A stretch of DNA of 64,000 nucleotides, taken from assembly GCA_040751795.1 (NCBI GenBank), contig JBFMHR010000002.1, positions 160,001 to 224,000 of the forward strand, in the 5' to 3' direction. A program made the translations under genes and the position numbers. Shown one piece after another: positions 32,216 through 42,417 of this stretch; position 1 is the stretch's first letter; each line of letters opens with the position of its first letter. The notes below the pieces were generated by a model. The model saw nothing but the letters and a program-made list of their open reading frames with translations. It searched no databases and had not been told where the DNA came from. Source of the DNA: Thermoplasmatota archaeon (GTDB taxonomy: Archaea; Thermoplasmatota; Thermoplasmata; UBA10834).

Positions 32216-33077
32216 GCCCTCCGGCCCCGTCCTGGTCGCCGACCAGCCTCGCCGACACGCGCCGCACCTGCCTGTCGACCGCCGCAAGCACCTTCTCGTT
32301 GCCTGCCAGCATGGTCGCCCCCACCGCCAGGACGAGCCCGGCGAAGACGTCCGCGAGCCAGTGGACGCCCAGGTAGAGCACCGCGAACACGATCCCGACC
32401 ACCGACGCCGCGAGGAAGTAGACGTACCCGCGCCTGTCCCACCCCGCCGACGCCAGCACCAGCATCGTCGTGAGGACTATGCTGACGTGCCCGCTGGGGA
32501 AGTCGTTGTTGAGCGGGTCGACGCTCGTGACCACCCTGCCCCAGTTGGTGTTGATGTAGAGCAGGGGCGTGAGCCCGGAGTCCGAGTAGAAGCCCGTCAC
32601 GGTCACCGGGAAGAACAGGTAGAACGGGATGAGGACGACGTAGTTGAACAGCATGGCCACCGAGTACCTCTTTATCGTCGCCCGGTCGTCCAGGCAGAGG
32701 AGCAGGATCGGGGTGAAGTAGAGGATGAAGGTGAAGATCCAGACGTAGACGACTATGGACATGTCGACGAGGATCTGGTAGTCGAGCCTGTCCTGGAGGA
32801 CCCTTATCGCGTCCCCGCTGATGCTGAATATCCAGTTGGTGTAGATGACCTCCTCCGTGGCCTCCTCCGGGTTCCTGATGGCGTTCTCGACAAGGGTCGT
32901 CAGCGGGAGGACCGCCAGCAGCATGACGTAGCCCAGGTTGAGCTTGGCCGATGCGAGGGCCTTGCGCCACCAGAGGTCCTTCCACCCGATGAATATGAGC
33001 AGCCCTGCGAAGATGCCCACTATCATGGACACCGCGTAGGCGGCGATGAACAGGGGATAGGAGAGGGGCATTTCCAC
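32208..33077 (-). CDS. PAP2-superfamily (AUR1/IPC-synthase-like) membrane phosphotransferase/phosphatase
   Basis: Multi-TM protein; YLFFPV, NDFPSGH, YLGVHWLAD. Confidence 0.85.
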   Translation of the reverse strand: MEMPLSYPLFIAAYAVSMIVGIFAGLLIFIGWKDLWWRKALASAKLNLGYVMLLAVLPLTTLVENAIRNPEEATEEVIYTNWIFSISGDAIRVLQDRLDYQILVDMSIVVYVWIFTFILYFTPILLLCLDDRATIKRYSVAMLFNYVVLIPFYLFFPVTVTGFYSDSGLTPLLYINTNWGRVVTSVDPLNNDFPSGHVSIVLTTMLVLASAGWDRRGYVYFLAASVVGIVFAVLYLGVHWLADVFAGLVLAVGATMLAGNEKVLAAVDRQVRRVSARLVGDQDGAGGPT

Positions 33078-33121
33078 CTGGGAATCCCATCAGAGCCTGC
33101 GTAGAAATAACTTTGCTGGAC

Positions 33122-34285
33122 TCAGGGCTTCCTCCCCCAGATCTTCCAGCCGGTGTCCCTGGCGAGGACCTCCTCGGCGAGGGCGTAGGTCCTGACCAGC
33201 TTGTCCGTGCACGCGTCCACGGAGTACTCCCTGGCCGACGCGACGGCGTTCATCTTCATCGAGCTGGCCCTCGCGAGGCACCTCCTGATCCCCTCGGCGC
33301 ACGAGTCCTCCTCGAAGAGGCAGCCGTTCTTGCCCTCGGTGATGAACTCCGGGATCGCCCTGCACCTTATCCCCGCCACGGGGGTCCCCGAGGCGAGCGC
33401 CTCGAGCACCACGAGCCCCTGGGTCTCGAAGGTGGAGGCGAGCACCAGCATGTCCGCGGTGGCATATGCCTTGGGCAGGTCCTCGTCCGGGAGGAAGCCC
33501 GCGAAAACGACCCTGTCCGAGACGCCCAGGCTCTGGGCCATCGCCCTGTAGTGGTCGCAGGCGGGCCCCTTGCCGACGACGAGCAGCCTCAGGTCCGGCT
33601 CGTCCTTCCTCAGGCGGGCCATGGCCCTCAGGACTATGTCCAGCCTCTTCTCCATCGAGAGCCGCCCGACGTGGAGGGCCACCCTGTGCCCGTCGAGGCC
33701 GAAGCGCTCCAGGAACCCGCGGTCGTAGTTCTTCGGGGAGAACCTCGTGAGGTCCACCCCGGTGGGCACGACCTCGCAGGCGTGCATCCTCACGCCGTTG
33801 GCCAGGAGCTCCTCCTTGATGGGCGCGGACGGCGCGATGACCACCTCGGGCCTCCTCATCATGTTCCTCAGGTAGATCCAGACTGAGGGGACCAGGACGT
33901 CCTCCCGCATCGGCAGGAAGGAGTAGTACTTCACGGCCTCGTTGGCCATCGTGTGGAAAGTGAGGAGGTGCGGTATCTCCATGGCCCTGGCCGCAGTGAG
34001 GCTCAGTATGGCCATCGACGCGACGCCGTGGCAGTGCAGGATGTCGACCTTCTCCTTCCTGAGGTGCTCCATCATCCTCGGGGCCGCGTAGATTATGCGG
34101 TACCCCTTGTAGGACCTGAACTCCATGGAGGGGAAGTAGTAGACCTTCCTCGGGTAGTCCGGCCTCTCCGGGGTGTCGGGGGCGAAGACGACGACCTCGT
34201 GCCCCTTCGCCTCCAGGCCCCTGATCTGGGTCTCCATGGAGACGATGGCGCCGTCCACCGTGGGGTAGAAGGAGTCTGCGAACAT
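33122..34285 (-). CDS. Glycosyltransferase family 4 (diglyceride glucosyltransferase-like)
   Basis: DSFYPTVDG, TFHT, VGRLSMEK, ETQGLVVLEALASG; the true start may be about 12 nt upstream. Confidence 0.9.
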   Translation of the reverse strand: MFADSFYPTVDGAIVSMETQIRGLEAKGHEVVVFAPDTPERPDYPRKVYYFPSMEFRSYKGYRIIYAAPRMMEHLRKEKVDILHCHGVASMAILSLTAARAMEIPHLLTFHTMANEAVKYYSFLPMREDVLVPSVWIYLRNMMRRPEVVIAPSAPIKEELLANGVRMHACEVVPTGVDLTRFSPKNYDRGFLERFGLDGHRVALHVGRLSMEKRLDIVLRAMARLRKDEPDLRLLVVGKGPACDHYRAMAQSLGVSDRVVFAGFLPDEDLPKAYATADMLVLASTFETQGLVVLEALASGTPVAGIRCRAIPEFITEGKNGCLFEEDSCAEGIRRCLARASSMKMNAVASAREYSVDACTDKLVRTYALAEEVLARDTGWKIWGRKP

Positions 34286-34301
34286 CGCGACCTTCAGCGT
34301 C

Positions 34302-35627
34302 TCACCCTCTCGGCCTTCCGGCGACGGCCCTCTTGAGCTTCAGCACGACGTCCTGGGGCGACCGCCCCAGCAGCCTTATCATCGGCTCCTTGCCGACCCC
34401 GCCCCTGTCGAATATGGCGTCGGGGACGCTCCCCCGCCTGTCTATGGCGTCCAGGACTCCCCATGTCATGGAGGAGACGCCCCTGGGTTCCTTCGCCCTG
34501 TCGAAGGACGCGACCGAGAGCTTAGCCCTCCTGCAGAGGGAGAGGTTGTCCTCGGAGTACTTGATGTTCATGGCGCACCTGGCTTCCGGGTCCCTGGACG
34601 ACGCGGCCAGCACTATCCTCGCGACGTGCTTCGACGCGCCGAACCTGGCGCAGCCTATCCTCTTGGCCCTGGTGCCGCACCTCGCTATCCTCCCCTCGAA
34701 GGCCGCGACCTCGTCGGGCTCAAGGGCTCCCAGGACAGCATAGCCCATGTTCGTGCCCACCTCGGGCAGCAGGGACGCGTCCATGGTCTCCTCCAGGAGG
34801 GCGGCGGCGTCTTCCAGCTCCTGCAGCATGGACGCCTTCTGCGCCTCGATCCTCAGGATCGCCAGCGGGTTGGCGCAGGGGACCCCGAGCCCGACCCTCT
34901 CCCTCGCCAGGACCGCCTTGTATATCATCGACTTGGACGTGCGGACGGCCTCCTCCAGCTCGAGGCCGAGGGCGAGGTTCCCGGCGATGAGGGACGCCAG
35001 GGTGCAGCCGGTCCCGTGCACTTCGACGTCCAGCCTGGGCGAGGCGACCTTGACTGTCCTGCCGTCCCAGCAGAGGTAGTCCGCCGCCTCGGAGCCCTTG
35101 AGGTGCCCCCCCTTCACCAGGACGGCGTCGGGGCCCAGCTCCAGTATCTCCCGGGCGGCCCTCTTGGCGCTCCTCTCGTCCCTCACCCTGACGCCGGACA
35201 GCCGCTCCGCCTCCGCGAGGTTGGGGGTCACGAGCGCGCTCATCGGCAGGAGCCTGGATATCAGCGCCTCCACGAAGCCCGCGACGTGCAGCTCGCTCCC
35301 GGTCGTGGCGGCCATCACCGGGTCGACCACGATCGGCGCGCGCACCCCCTTGAGGCCGGTGCTGACCGTCCTGACGATCTCGGCGCTGTAGAGCATCCCC
35401 GTCTTCACCGCGTCCAGCTTCACGTCCTCCAGGACGGAGTCGAGCTGGTTGGCCACCTCCCCCGGGGGCACCGGGAAGATGGACGAGACACCCCTGGTGT
35501 TCTGCGAGGTGACGCAGGTGACGACGGAGCAGCCGTGGACGCCTAGGGCCTCGAATGCCTTCAGGTCCGCCTGGAGCCCCGCCCCGCCAACGGAATCGGA
35601 GCCGGCGACGGTGAGCGCGTTCGCCAT
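34302..35627 (-). CDS. thiD: Bifunctional HMP/HMP-P kinase and thiamine-phosphate synthase (ThiD-ThiN)
   Basis: [40 protein letters not shown]; ThiN motifs [21 protein letters not shown]. Confidence 0.93.
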   Translation of the reverse strand: MANALTVAGSDSVGGAGLQADLKAFEALGVHGCSVVTCVTSQNTRGVSSIFPVPPGEVANQLDSVLEDVKLDAVKTGMLYSAEIVRTVSTGLKGVRAPIVVDPVMAATTGSELHVAGFVEALISRLLPMSALVTPNLAEAERLSGVRVRDERSAKRAAREILELGPDAVLVKGGHLKGSEAADYLCWDGRTVKVASPRLDVEVHGTGCTLASLIAGNLALGLELEEAVRTSKSMIYKAVLARERVGLGVPCANPLAILRIEAQKASMLQELEDAAALLEETMDASLLPEVGTNMGYAVLGALEPDEVAAFEGRIARCGTRAKRIGCARFGASKHVARIVLAASSRDPEARCAMNIKYSEDNLSLCRRAKLSVASFDRAKEPRGVSSMTWGVLDAIDRRGSVPDAIFDRGGVGKEPMIRLLGRSPQDVVLKLKRAVAGRPRG

Positions 35628-35723
35628 CGGCGGCTCAATCGCATACTGCCGATAAATCACTTGTGCCAACGGGCCTGGGAGCGCACCACCGTTATATACA
35701 CGATACCCCATCAGAACGGCTCG

Positions 35724-36101
35724 ATGAAGGCTGAGTCCGGCCACATAGTGTTCAAGGGCAAGTTCAAGTGGAAGGACCTGAAGGGCTGCTTCGAGGAGGT
35801 CCTCAAGGCCTTCCTCCAGGAGACGGACCAGGTCCCGGACGAGGAGGACATCTTCCAGATGTTCCTCCGGATCAACATGATGGACATCGAGAAGAACAGG
35901 AAGCCGGAGGGCTTCAACCGGAGGGGCCGCCTGAGGCTGGTCTTCCCGAACAGCCCCGACCGCAGGGAGATGTACATCAGGTCGGAGACCAAGACCGCCG
36001 AGGTCGTGAGGGTCACCGAGAAGCTCAGCAGGATGCTCAAGAAGGCCGGCGTCCCCCACACTGTCGAGTGGGACCAGCTCAAGCACCTCCAGCAGGCCTG
36101 A
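35724..36101 (+). CDS. Hypothetical protein (125 aa)
   Basis: TTATATA box about 27 nt upstream of the ATG; typical codon usage; no recognisable motif. Confidence 0.75.
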   Translation: MKAESGHIVFKGKFKWKDLKGCFEEVLKAFLQETDQVPDEEDIFQMFLRINMMDIEKNRKPEGFNRRGRLRLVFPNSPDRREMYIRSETKTAEVVRVTEKLSRMLKKAGVPHTVEWDQLKHLQQA

Positions 36102-36141
36102 AGGCGCGCCGGACATCACGTCTTCCAGAGTCGCTGCTCAC

Positions 36142-38145
36142 ATGGACGTCAAGAAGCGCGTGGAGTCGGCAGTCGCCGAGACCTCCTCCCTGGACGGGAT
36201 GAGGCGTTCTTTCAAGACGATCAAGGACAGGCAGGCGGAGAACTCGAAGCGCATTGCCGACCTCGGGGCGCGCAAGGAGCGCCTCAGGGCGATGAAGGAG
36301 GCGGCCGTGGGAGACAAGACCCTCCTCGAGCAGGCCGTCGCCACCCTGAGGGGGAACGGGTTCAGGGTCGTCCTGGCCAAGACCAGGGACGCGGCCCTCA
36401 AGGCCATCCGCGAGGAGGTCCGGGGCTACGACCTCGTCGTCAAGTCCAAGTCGAACGTGACCAAGGACCTCCACCTCGCCGAGCACCTCGGCCGCGAGGG
36501 GATCGAGGTCGTGGAGACCGACCTGGGGGACAGGATCATACAGCTCGCAGGGTGCCCAGCCGCGCACCCGACCGGCCCCGCGTGCCACATGACCCGGCAG
36601 GAGATCGCCGCGCTCTTCACGGGGCACTTCGGCCGCCCTGTCTCGGACGACCCGATGGAGCTCACATCGACGATGCGCGACGAGATCGCCTCGTACCTGG
36701 CCAGGGCGAAGGTGGGCATCACCGGGGCGAACGCGGTGACCGCGTCGGAGGGGGCGGTCGTCATAGTGCACAACGAGGGCAACGCCGCCAAGTGCGCGAT
36801 GCTCCCTGACAGGCACATAGTCGTGACGACCCCGGACAAGGTCGTCCCGACCCTGGAGGACGCGATGGCGGTGGTCAAGCTCCAGACCTACCTCTCGACT
36901 GGCAAGGTCCTCAGCTCCTTCATCAACGTCATCACCGGCCCGAGCTACACCGCTGACATCGAGAAGAAGGTCTACAGGGGGATGCACGGGCCGAAGGACG
37001 TCGTCATAGTCATGGTCGACGACGGCAGGCTGGCCGCGGAGGACAAGGAGCCGCAGCTCTGCATCGGCTGCGGGATGTGCCTCATCGAGTGCCCAGTGTA
37101 CAACGCCGTCGGCCCGGTCTTCGGGACCTCCGGGCACATGGGGGGGCACGGCGCCTACCTGAGCGGCTCCCTCGGCAGGCTGGAGGAGTCCCTGGACGCG
37201 GGGCTGTACCTATGCGCCGAGTGCGGGGCGTGCACGGAGGTGTGCCCGTCCAGGATTGACACGAAGGGCGGGGTGAAGGGCCTCAGGGGGCAGAGCCGTT
37301 CGAAGGGCGCCGGGACGATGCCCGAGCACGACGCCGTCGTGGCCAGCATCAGGAACTACGACAACCCCTGGAGCGTCCCCAGGTCGCAGAAGTCGAAGTG
37401 GTCGAAGGGGCTCGGCCTGAAGCCGCGGGGCGAGGTCCTCTACTTCGCCGGCTGCTCCGCGTCGCTCCTCTCGCCCGAGACGGGCGCCAAGATGGTGGAG
37501 GTCTTCAGGGCGATGGGCACGGAGCCGGCCTACCTGGGCCAGTCGGAGAGGTGCTGCGGCTCGATGCTCAGGAAGATCGGCGAGGAGGCGCTGGCCAGGA
37601 AGAAGGCAGAGGAGTGCTTCGCCGACTTCGCGAAGGGCGGGGCGAGGACAGTAGTAACATCGTGCCCCGGGTGCGCGTCCGCGCTCAACCACTTCGAGGA
37701 CCTCCCCGAGGCCCACGGGGTCGAGGTCCTCCATGTCTCCCAGTACCTGGACAGGCACATCGACAGGGTCCCCGTGCAGCGGCTCAGGAAGCTGGGGAAG
37801 GTGACGTTCCACGACCCCTGCGACCTCGGGCGTGCGCTGGGAATCTACGACGAGCCGCGGCGCGTGCTCGCAGCCGTGACGGGGTCTCCGCCGGTCGAGA
37901 TGGAGCGATCGAGGGAGCACTCGTACTGCTGCGGGTCGGGCGCGGGGGTGAGGAGCGCCTTCCCCGCCCTCTCGGACCAGGTATCCAGGGACAGGCTGCG
38001 AATGGCGCGGGAGGCCGGCGCGGACATGGTGGTCACATCCTGCCCGTGGTGCGTCCAGAGCCTGAGGCAGTGCCAGGATGGGGAAGCCAAGACAGAAGTC
38101 TTCGACCTGGTCGACCTGGTGCACAGGGCCATCAGGAAGGGCTGA
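36142..38145 (+). CDS. LUD domain + 4Fe-4S + CCG domain oxidoreductase (LutB-like fused to HdrD/GlcF-like)
   Basis: VKSKS, ETDLGD, ITGAN, NEGN, ITGPSYTADIE; CIGCGMCLIECP, CAECGACTEVCP; ERCCG, SCPGC, HDPC, CCG, SCPWC. Confidence 0.88.
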   Translation: MDVKKRVESAVAETSSLDGMRRSFKTIKDRQAENSKRIADLGARKERLRAMKEAAVGDKTLLEQAVATLRGNGFRVVLAKTRDAALKAIREEVRGYDLVVKSKSNVTKDLHLAEHLGREGIEVVETDLGDRIIQLAGCPAAHPTGPACHMTRQEIAALFTGHFGRPVSDDPMELTSTMRDEIASYLARAKVGITGANAVTASEGAVVIVHNEGNAAKCAMLPDRHIVVTTPDKVVPTLEDAMAVVKLQTYLSTGKVLSSFINVITGPSYTADIEKKVYRGMHGPKDVVIVMVDDGRLAAEDKEPQLCIGCGMCLIECPVYNAVGPVFGTSGHMGGHGAYLSGSLGRLEESLDAGLYLCAECGACTEVCPSRIDTKGGVKGLRGQSRSKGAGTMPEHDAVVASIRNYDNPWSVPRSQKSKWSKGLGLKPRGEVLYFAGCSASLLSPETGAKMVEVFRAMGTEPAYLGQSERCCGSMLRKIGEEALARKKAEECFADFAKGGARTVVTSCPGCASALNHFEDLPEAHGVEVLHVSQYLDRHIDRVPVQRLRKLGKVTFHDPCDLGRALGIYDEPRRVLAAVTGSPPVEMERSREHSYCCGSGAGVRSAFPALSDQVSRDRLRMAREAGADMVVTSCPWCVQSLRQCQDGEAKTEVFDLVDLVHRAIRKG

Positions 38146-38722
38146 CCGGCGGCGCCCCAGGGCTCCCCGCCAGCGGCGCCTCCTTCACGGTCTGGTACGT
38201 CGGCCCCTGGGGGCAGAGGGTGCTCTTCTTCAGCCTTATCGCGTCGAACCTGTAGGTGCCGAAGTCGGAGGCGGCCCTCTCCCTCAGCATCGCCTGGACG
38301 GCCCCCATCCTAGCGGGGCTCCTCGCCCTCGCGATGGTGAGGTGCGCCCTGAAGCCCTTCTGGTCCCTCTCGAACCCCAGGTCCTTCATCGAGGCGTCCA
38401 GCCTCTGGGCGATCTCCGCGAGCGGCTGAGCGTCCTCGATCCCGACCCACACGACCCTTATGTTGGAGAGCGACGGGAAGGCGCCCATGCCCAGGAGCCT
38501 CACGGAGAACGGGGGGACGCCCTCGACCGCCTGGGCCATCCTCGCGGATATATCGTCCACCAGCCCCTCGTCGGTCTCCCCCAGGAACTTGAGGGTCACA
38601 TGCAGCAGCTCGGGCCTCACGACCTTCAGGTCCGCGCCCGACCGCCTCAGCTGTACGAGGATGTCCTTCAGCGGGTCGTTCGCCTCTATCTCGGCCGCGA
38701 TGAAAGCCCTGAAGCTCATCAA
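38132..38722 (-). CDS. thpR: RNA 2',3'-cyclic phosphodiesterase (2H family)
   Basis: RAFIA, LHVTLKFLG, AHLTIAR, GPTY. Confidence 0.92.
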   Translation of the reverse strand: MMSFRAFIAAEIEANDPLKDILVQLRRSGADLKVVRPELLHVTLKFLGETDEGLVDDISARMAQAVEGVPPFSVRLLGMGAFPSLSNIRVVWVGIEDAQPLAEIAQRLDASMKDLGFERDQKGFRAHLTIARARSPARMGAVQAMLRERAASDFGTYRFDAIRLKKSTLCPQGPTYQTVKEAPLAGSPGAPPVSPS

Positions 38723-38767
38723 ACAGGAGTATCCATCAGGCGGTATTTCGCATTTGCCGGACGGGGC

Positions 38768-39538
38768 TCAGCCGGTGCGCACCCGCCGGTGCCGACGGTC
38801 CAGCTGCCTGATCTTGCCCCTCATGACGCCGACCCCTATGATGACCATCGTGAAGGCGGCGACGAGGCCTATCAGGTAGGCGGAGTCACCCAGGGTGTCG
38901 TAGTAGACCACGCCGAACGAGGCGGCGAAGTTGAACCCGCCGTGCATGACCACCGCGCCGAGGTAGTAGGGCATCCAGCTCTTGCCCTGCAGCGCGCTCC
39001 TCGCTATGCCCAGGCCGACCAGGGACGACGCCGTCGCGTGCAGGAGGGCCGACGAGAGGCTGCGCAGGACCGCGGTCGCGGCCCACGCCTCGACGCCGTC
39101 GGCGAGGTACGCCGTGCTCTCGTAGAGGAGGTTCTCGGTCGCCGCGAAGCCGAGGCCGGCGGCCGCGCCGTAGACGATGCCGTTCTCGATCTCCATGAGC
39201 ATCCCCCTCCTCTTCACCCTGAGGACCCCGAGCGCCTTGGTGAGCTCCTCGACGACGGGGGCGATGACGCACGCGACGACGAGGGTCGGGACGGACGGGT
39301 TCTCGCCCAGGAACTGGTACACCCTCTCTATGTTCTGGTCGAACAGCGCTATGAGGATGAGCTCGAAGAGGACCGCCATGATGACGGAGAGGACCGCTCC
39401 GTACGCGAATACCTTGATGAGAGTGCCGTAGGGCTCCCTGGAGTGCTTCTCGGTGTTCCTGATCCAGACCAGGTAGAGCAGCGACGGCGCGAACGCGACG
39501 AGTATCAGGGCCGACCAGAACAGGATGTCGTCGTCCAC
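38768..39538 (-). CDS. PrsW-family intramembrane metalloprotease
   Basis: APVVEELTK, FAATENLLY, HAT, HGGFN; multi-TM. Confidence 0.9.
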   Translation of the reverse strand: MDDDILFWSALILVAFAPSLLYLVWIRNTEKHSREPYGTLIKVFAYGAVLSVIMAVLFELILIALFDQNIERVYQFLGENPSVPTLVVACVIAPVVEELTKALGVLRVKRRGMLMEIENGIVYGAAAGLGFAATENLLYESTAYLADGVEAWAATAVLRSLSSALLHATASSLVGLGIARSALQGKSWMPYYLGAVVMHGGFNFAASFGVVYYDTLGDSAYLIGLVAAFTMVIIGVGVMRGKIRQLDRRHRRVRTG

Positions 39539-39677
39539 GCGGGCACCACCAGCGTGATAAGTGTGTCCCTATATAAACACAACAAAAACCTTGGCGAGGA
39601 CGCCTCCAGGCGTCGTGCCGGGAGATGCCTCGCTCGGAACATCTTGGAAGGACGGAAGTCGGGTTTGGGAGGATCGC

Positions 39678-39851
39678 TCAGTCCTCGAGCTTGATCGCGT
39701 TGTTCGGGCACTCGTCGACGCAGGCGCCGCAGTCGAGGCACTTCTTCTCGTCGACGACGGCGACGTCCTCGCAGGTTATGGCGCCCTCAGGGCATACATC
39801 GACGCATGCTCCACACGCAACGCACTCGTCCTTGTTGATCTTCGCTGGCAT
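39678..39851 (-). CDS. 2x[4Fe-4S] ferredoxin, 57 aa (not in the ORF track)
   Basis: [57 protein letters not shown]; SD GGAGGT. Confidence 0.95.
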   Translation of the reverse strand: MPAKINKDECVACGACVDVCPEGAITCEDVAVVDEKKCLDCGACVDECPNNAIKLED

Positions 39852-40044
39852 CTGACTACCTCCGTAGTGATTGCGGGGATTGTATCCCTGGATATAAACT
39901 TATTCAACCGAATCCGGCGCTGTTAGATTTATATTCGATACAACCTTAGAAATTCTGGCCGATGGGCCTGGAGGCCGCATCTGTCCCTGCCTTCGCCCGC
40001 CAATCGGGAAAGTATTAGGCTGGCGGAGGCGATGGCGCCCCGCC

Positions 40045-41121
40045 ATGAGCGGGACGAACGTCGGCAGATGGCTTTTCACGCACGAGGGCGTCGTCGAGGG
40101 GTACCTCCGCGTGGAAGGGGACTCCGTGGCGGAGGTCTGCAGGGGCAGGGCACCGGGAGGCTCCAGCAGGGCCATCGTGTTGCCGGCGTTCGTGAACGCG
40201 CACACACACATCGGCGACACCTTCGCGTACCCCGCCCCCAAGGGCTCGGTCGAGGAGATCGTTGCCCCGCCCAACGGGTACAAGCACCGTATGCTACGTA
40301 CCGCGTCCAGGGCCCAGAAGGTCGACGGGATGAGGGCGTCCATCGAGGTCATGGCCCGCACCGGGACCTGCGCCTTCCTGGACTTCAGGGAGGAGGGCCC
40401 CGATGGCATCCAGATGATCAGGGAGTCGGCGACGGCATCCCCTGTGTCGGCGATAGTTCTGGGCAGGCCGGTCCACAGCAACATGACGTCCCGCGCCTTG
40501 GAGGAGTTCGTCTCCGGGTGCGACGGCCTCGGGATGAGCTCCCTGCGCGACTGGCCGCGCGACCTGCTCCAGAGGGCGTCGAAGGCCGCGAAGGACAGCC
40601 ACAAGCTCTTCGGGCTCCACGCGAGCGAGGTGGTGAGGGAGGACATCGATGCCATACTGGACCTCAGGCCCGACTTCCTGGTCCACATGACCGCCGCCAG
40701 CGAGAGCGACATCGCCGCTGTGGCCGAGGCTGGGGTCCCCGTCGTGGTCTGCCCGAGGTCGAACGAGTTCTTCGGGATCGACCCGCGCATACCTCAGCTC
40801 CTCGCCGCCGGGGTCGAGGTCGCGCTCGGCACGGACAACGGGATGATATGCAGGCCGGACATGTTGGAGGAGCTCCGCGCCGCCCGCCGGATGAGCTCCC
40901 GCCATGGGGGCCTGGCTCCCGTCGACGCGATACGTCTGGCGACCATCTCAGGGCGCAAAGTATTAAATGCGGAACGGGACATAACTACGGAAATCGAACA
41001 CACTGACGACCTCGTGGTGGTAGAGGTGAAGGGGGACGACCCCCTCGAAGAGGTGGTCTCCGCCACAGGTCCCGCGAGAGTCGCGGCGGTGTCCCGCGGA
41101 GGAAGGCTACGGAGGCTTTGA
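40045..41121 (+). CDS. Metal-dependent amidohydrolase (deaminase-like)
   Basis: FVNAHTHIGD, LHASE, LVHMT, CPRSN, LGTDN. Confidence 0.88.
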   Translation: MSGTNVGRWLFTHEGVVEGYLRVEGDSVAEVCRGRAPGGSSRAIVLPAFVNAHTHIGDTFAYPAPKGSVEEIVAPPNGYKHRMLRTASRAQKVDGMRASIEVMARTGTCAFLDFREEGPDGIQMIRESATASPVSAIVLGRPVHSNMTSRALEEFVSGCDGLGMSSLRDWPRDLLQRASKAAKDSHKLFGLHASEVVREDIDAILDLRPDFLVHMTAASESDIAAVAEAGVPVVVCPRSNEFFGIDPRIPQLLAAGVEVALGTDNGMICRPDMLEELRAARRMSSRHGGLAPVDAIRLATISGRKVLNAERDITTEIEHTDDLVVVEVKGDDPLEEVVSATGPARVAAVSRGGRLRRL

Positions 41122-41122
41122 A

Positions 41123-41560
41123 TTGGAGGCCATCAAGAAGATACTCATCGCGACGGACGGGTCCGATTACACGAAGGAGGCGGTGTCGTACGGCCTGTGG
41201 CTGGCCAAGGAGCTGGGCGCGGAGGTCACCGCCCTCTACGTCATCGACCAGACGTCCTTCGTGAGCTTCCCGATGGACTCCTCGATAGTCAGCGTCTACT
41301 CCCTGCTCGAGAACGAGGGCAAGCGCGCCGTCGACGAGGTCAAGCAGGAGGGCGACGCGGCCGGGGTGAAGGTAACCCCGATGGTCCTCGAGGGGTCGCC
41401 CACGAGGAAGATAGTGGAGGCAGCCGCCGGGTTCGACCTGGTCGTCCTCGGCACGCTGGGCCGGTCCGCACTCACCAAGCTCTTCATGGGGAGCGTCGCA
41501 GAGAGGGTCACGAGGTTCGCCCCGTGCCCCGTCCTGGTCGTCAGGACCAGAAAGAGGTGA
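41123..41560 (+). CDS. Universal stress protein
   Basis: KILIATDGS, DLVVLGTLGRS, MGSVAERV, PCPVLVV. Confidence 0.93.
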   Translation: MEAIKKILIATDGSDYTKEAVSYGLWLAKELGAEVTALYVIDQTSFVSFPMDSSIVSVYSLLENEGKRAVDEVKQEGDAAGVKVTPMVLEGSPTRKIVEAAAGFDLVVLGTLGRSALTKLFMGSVAERVTRFAPCPVLVVRTRKR

Positions 41561-41568
41561 CACGCCGG

Positions 41569-42411
41569 ATGAAGGTCAAGGAGATAATGACAGAGAACCC
41601 GATAGTCGCCGAGCTCCCCGGCACCCGCTCCGAGGTGCTCAAGCAGCTCGTGAAGCACAACATCACGGGCATGCCCGTCGTCAAGTCGAGCGACGGGACC
41701 CTCGCGGGCTTCGTCACGAGGCAGGACATATTCTCGAAGCCGGAGGAGGAGCAGCTCGCGCTGGTGATGAGGCGCGACTACCCGACCATCAACATCAACG
41801 CCAGCGTGAAGGACGCTGCGCGGATCATGGTCGACCAGGACCTCAGCCACCTGCCGGTCGTGGAGAAGGGCAAGCTCGCCGGCATAATCACCCCGACCGA
41901 CCTGCTGATAGTCGTCGAGAAGACGAACCCGCAGGTCTCGGTAGAGGAGATAGTGAGGTCCCCGTGCATACCCATCTACTACAACGCGCCGCTGACCGTC
42001 GCCCTCGCGACCTTCAGGGCGGCCAAGGTCGTTGCGCTGCCGGTCCTGGACGACGAGGCGAAGCTCGTGGGCATCATCACCGACAGGGACATATTCAACC
42101 AGACGGTCGTGGACAGGACCGTCGCGATGAGCGACCTCGGCATAAGCGACGAGGACGACAACTGGACATGGGAGGGCCTCAGGAACGTCATGAAGCTCTG
42201 GTACGAGGTCTCCAAGGTCGACCTCCCCAAGCTCACCGTGAAGGAGATCATGGTCAGGAACCCGATGACCGTCTTCAGGAAGACCCTCGTCGGGGACGCG
42301 GCCAGGACGATGAGGAAGAACGACTTCGGCCAGCTCCCGGTGAGGGACTCGAAGGACAACCTCGTTGCGATGATTTATGACATAGACGTGGTATCCACTC
42401 TCGCGAAGTGA
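41569..42411 (+). CDS. Four-CBS-domain protein
   Basis: MKVKEIMT and repeated LPV...GIIT..D motifs. Confidence 0.9.
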   Translation: MKVKEIMTENPIVAELPGTRSEVLKQLVKHNITGMPVVKSSDGTLAGFVTRQDIFSKPEEEQLALVMRRDYPTININASVKDAARIMVDQDLSHLPVVEKGKLAGIITPTDLLIVVEKTNPQVSVEEIVRSPCIPIYYNAPLTVALATFRAAKVVALPVLDDEAKLVGIITDRDIFNQTVVDRTVAMSDLGISDEDDNWTWEGLRNVMKLWYEVSKVDLPKLTVKEIMVRNPMTVFRKTLVGDAARTMRKNDFGQLPVRDSKDNLVAMIYDIDVVSTLAK

Positions 42412-42417
42412 TGCTGC

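Noticed and set aside
39594-39633. Stem-loops 3' of the ferredoxin gene as a SECIS-like element
   Set aside because: The ferredoxin is complete with eight cluster Cys and no internal UGA; a terminator or stability hairpin is more likely.
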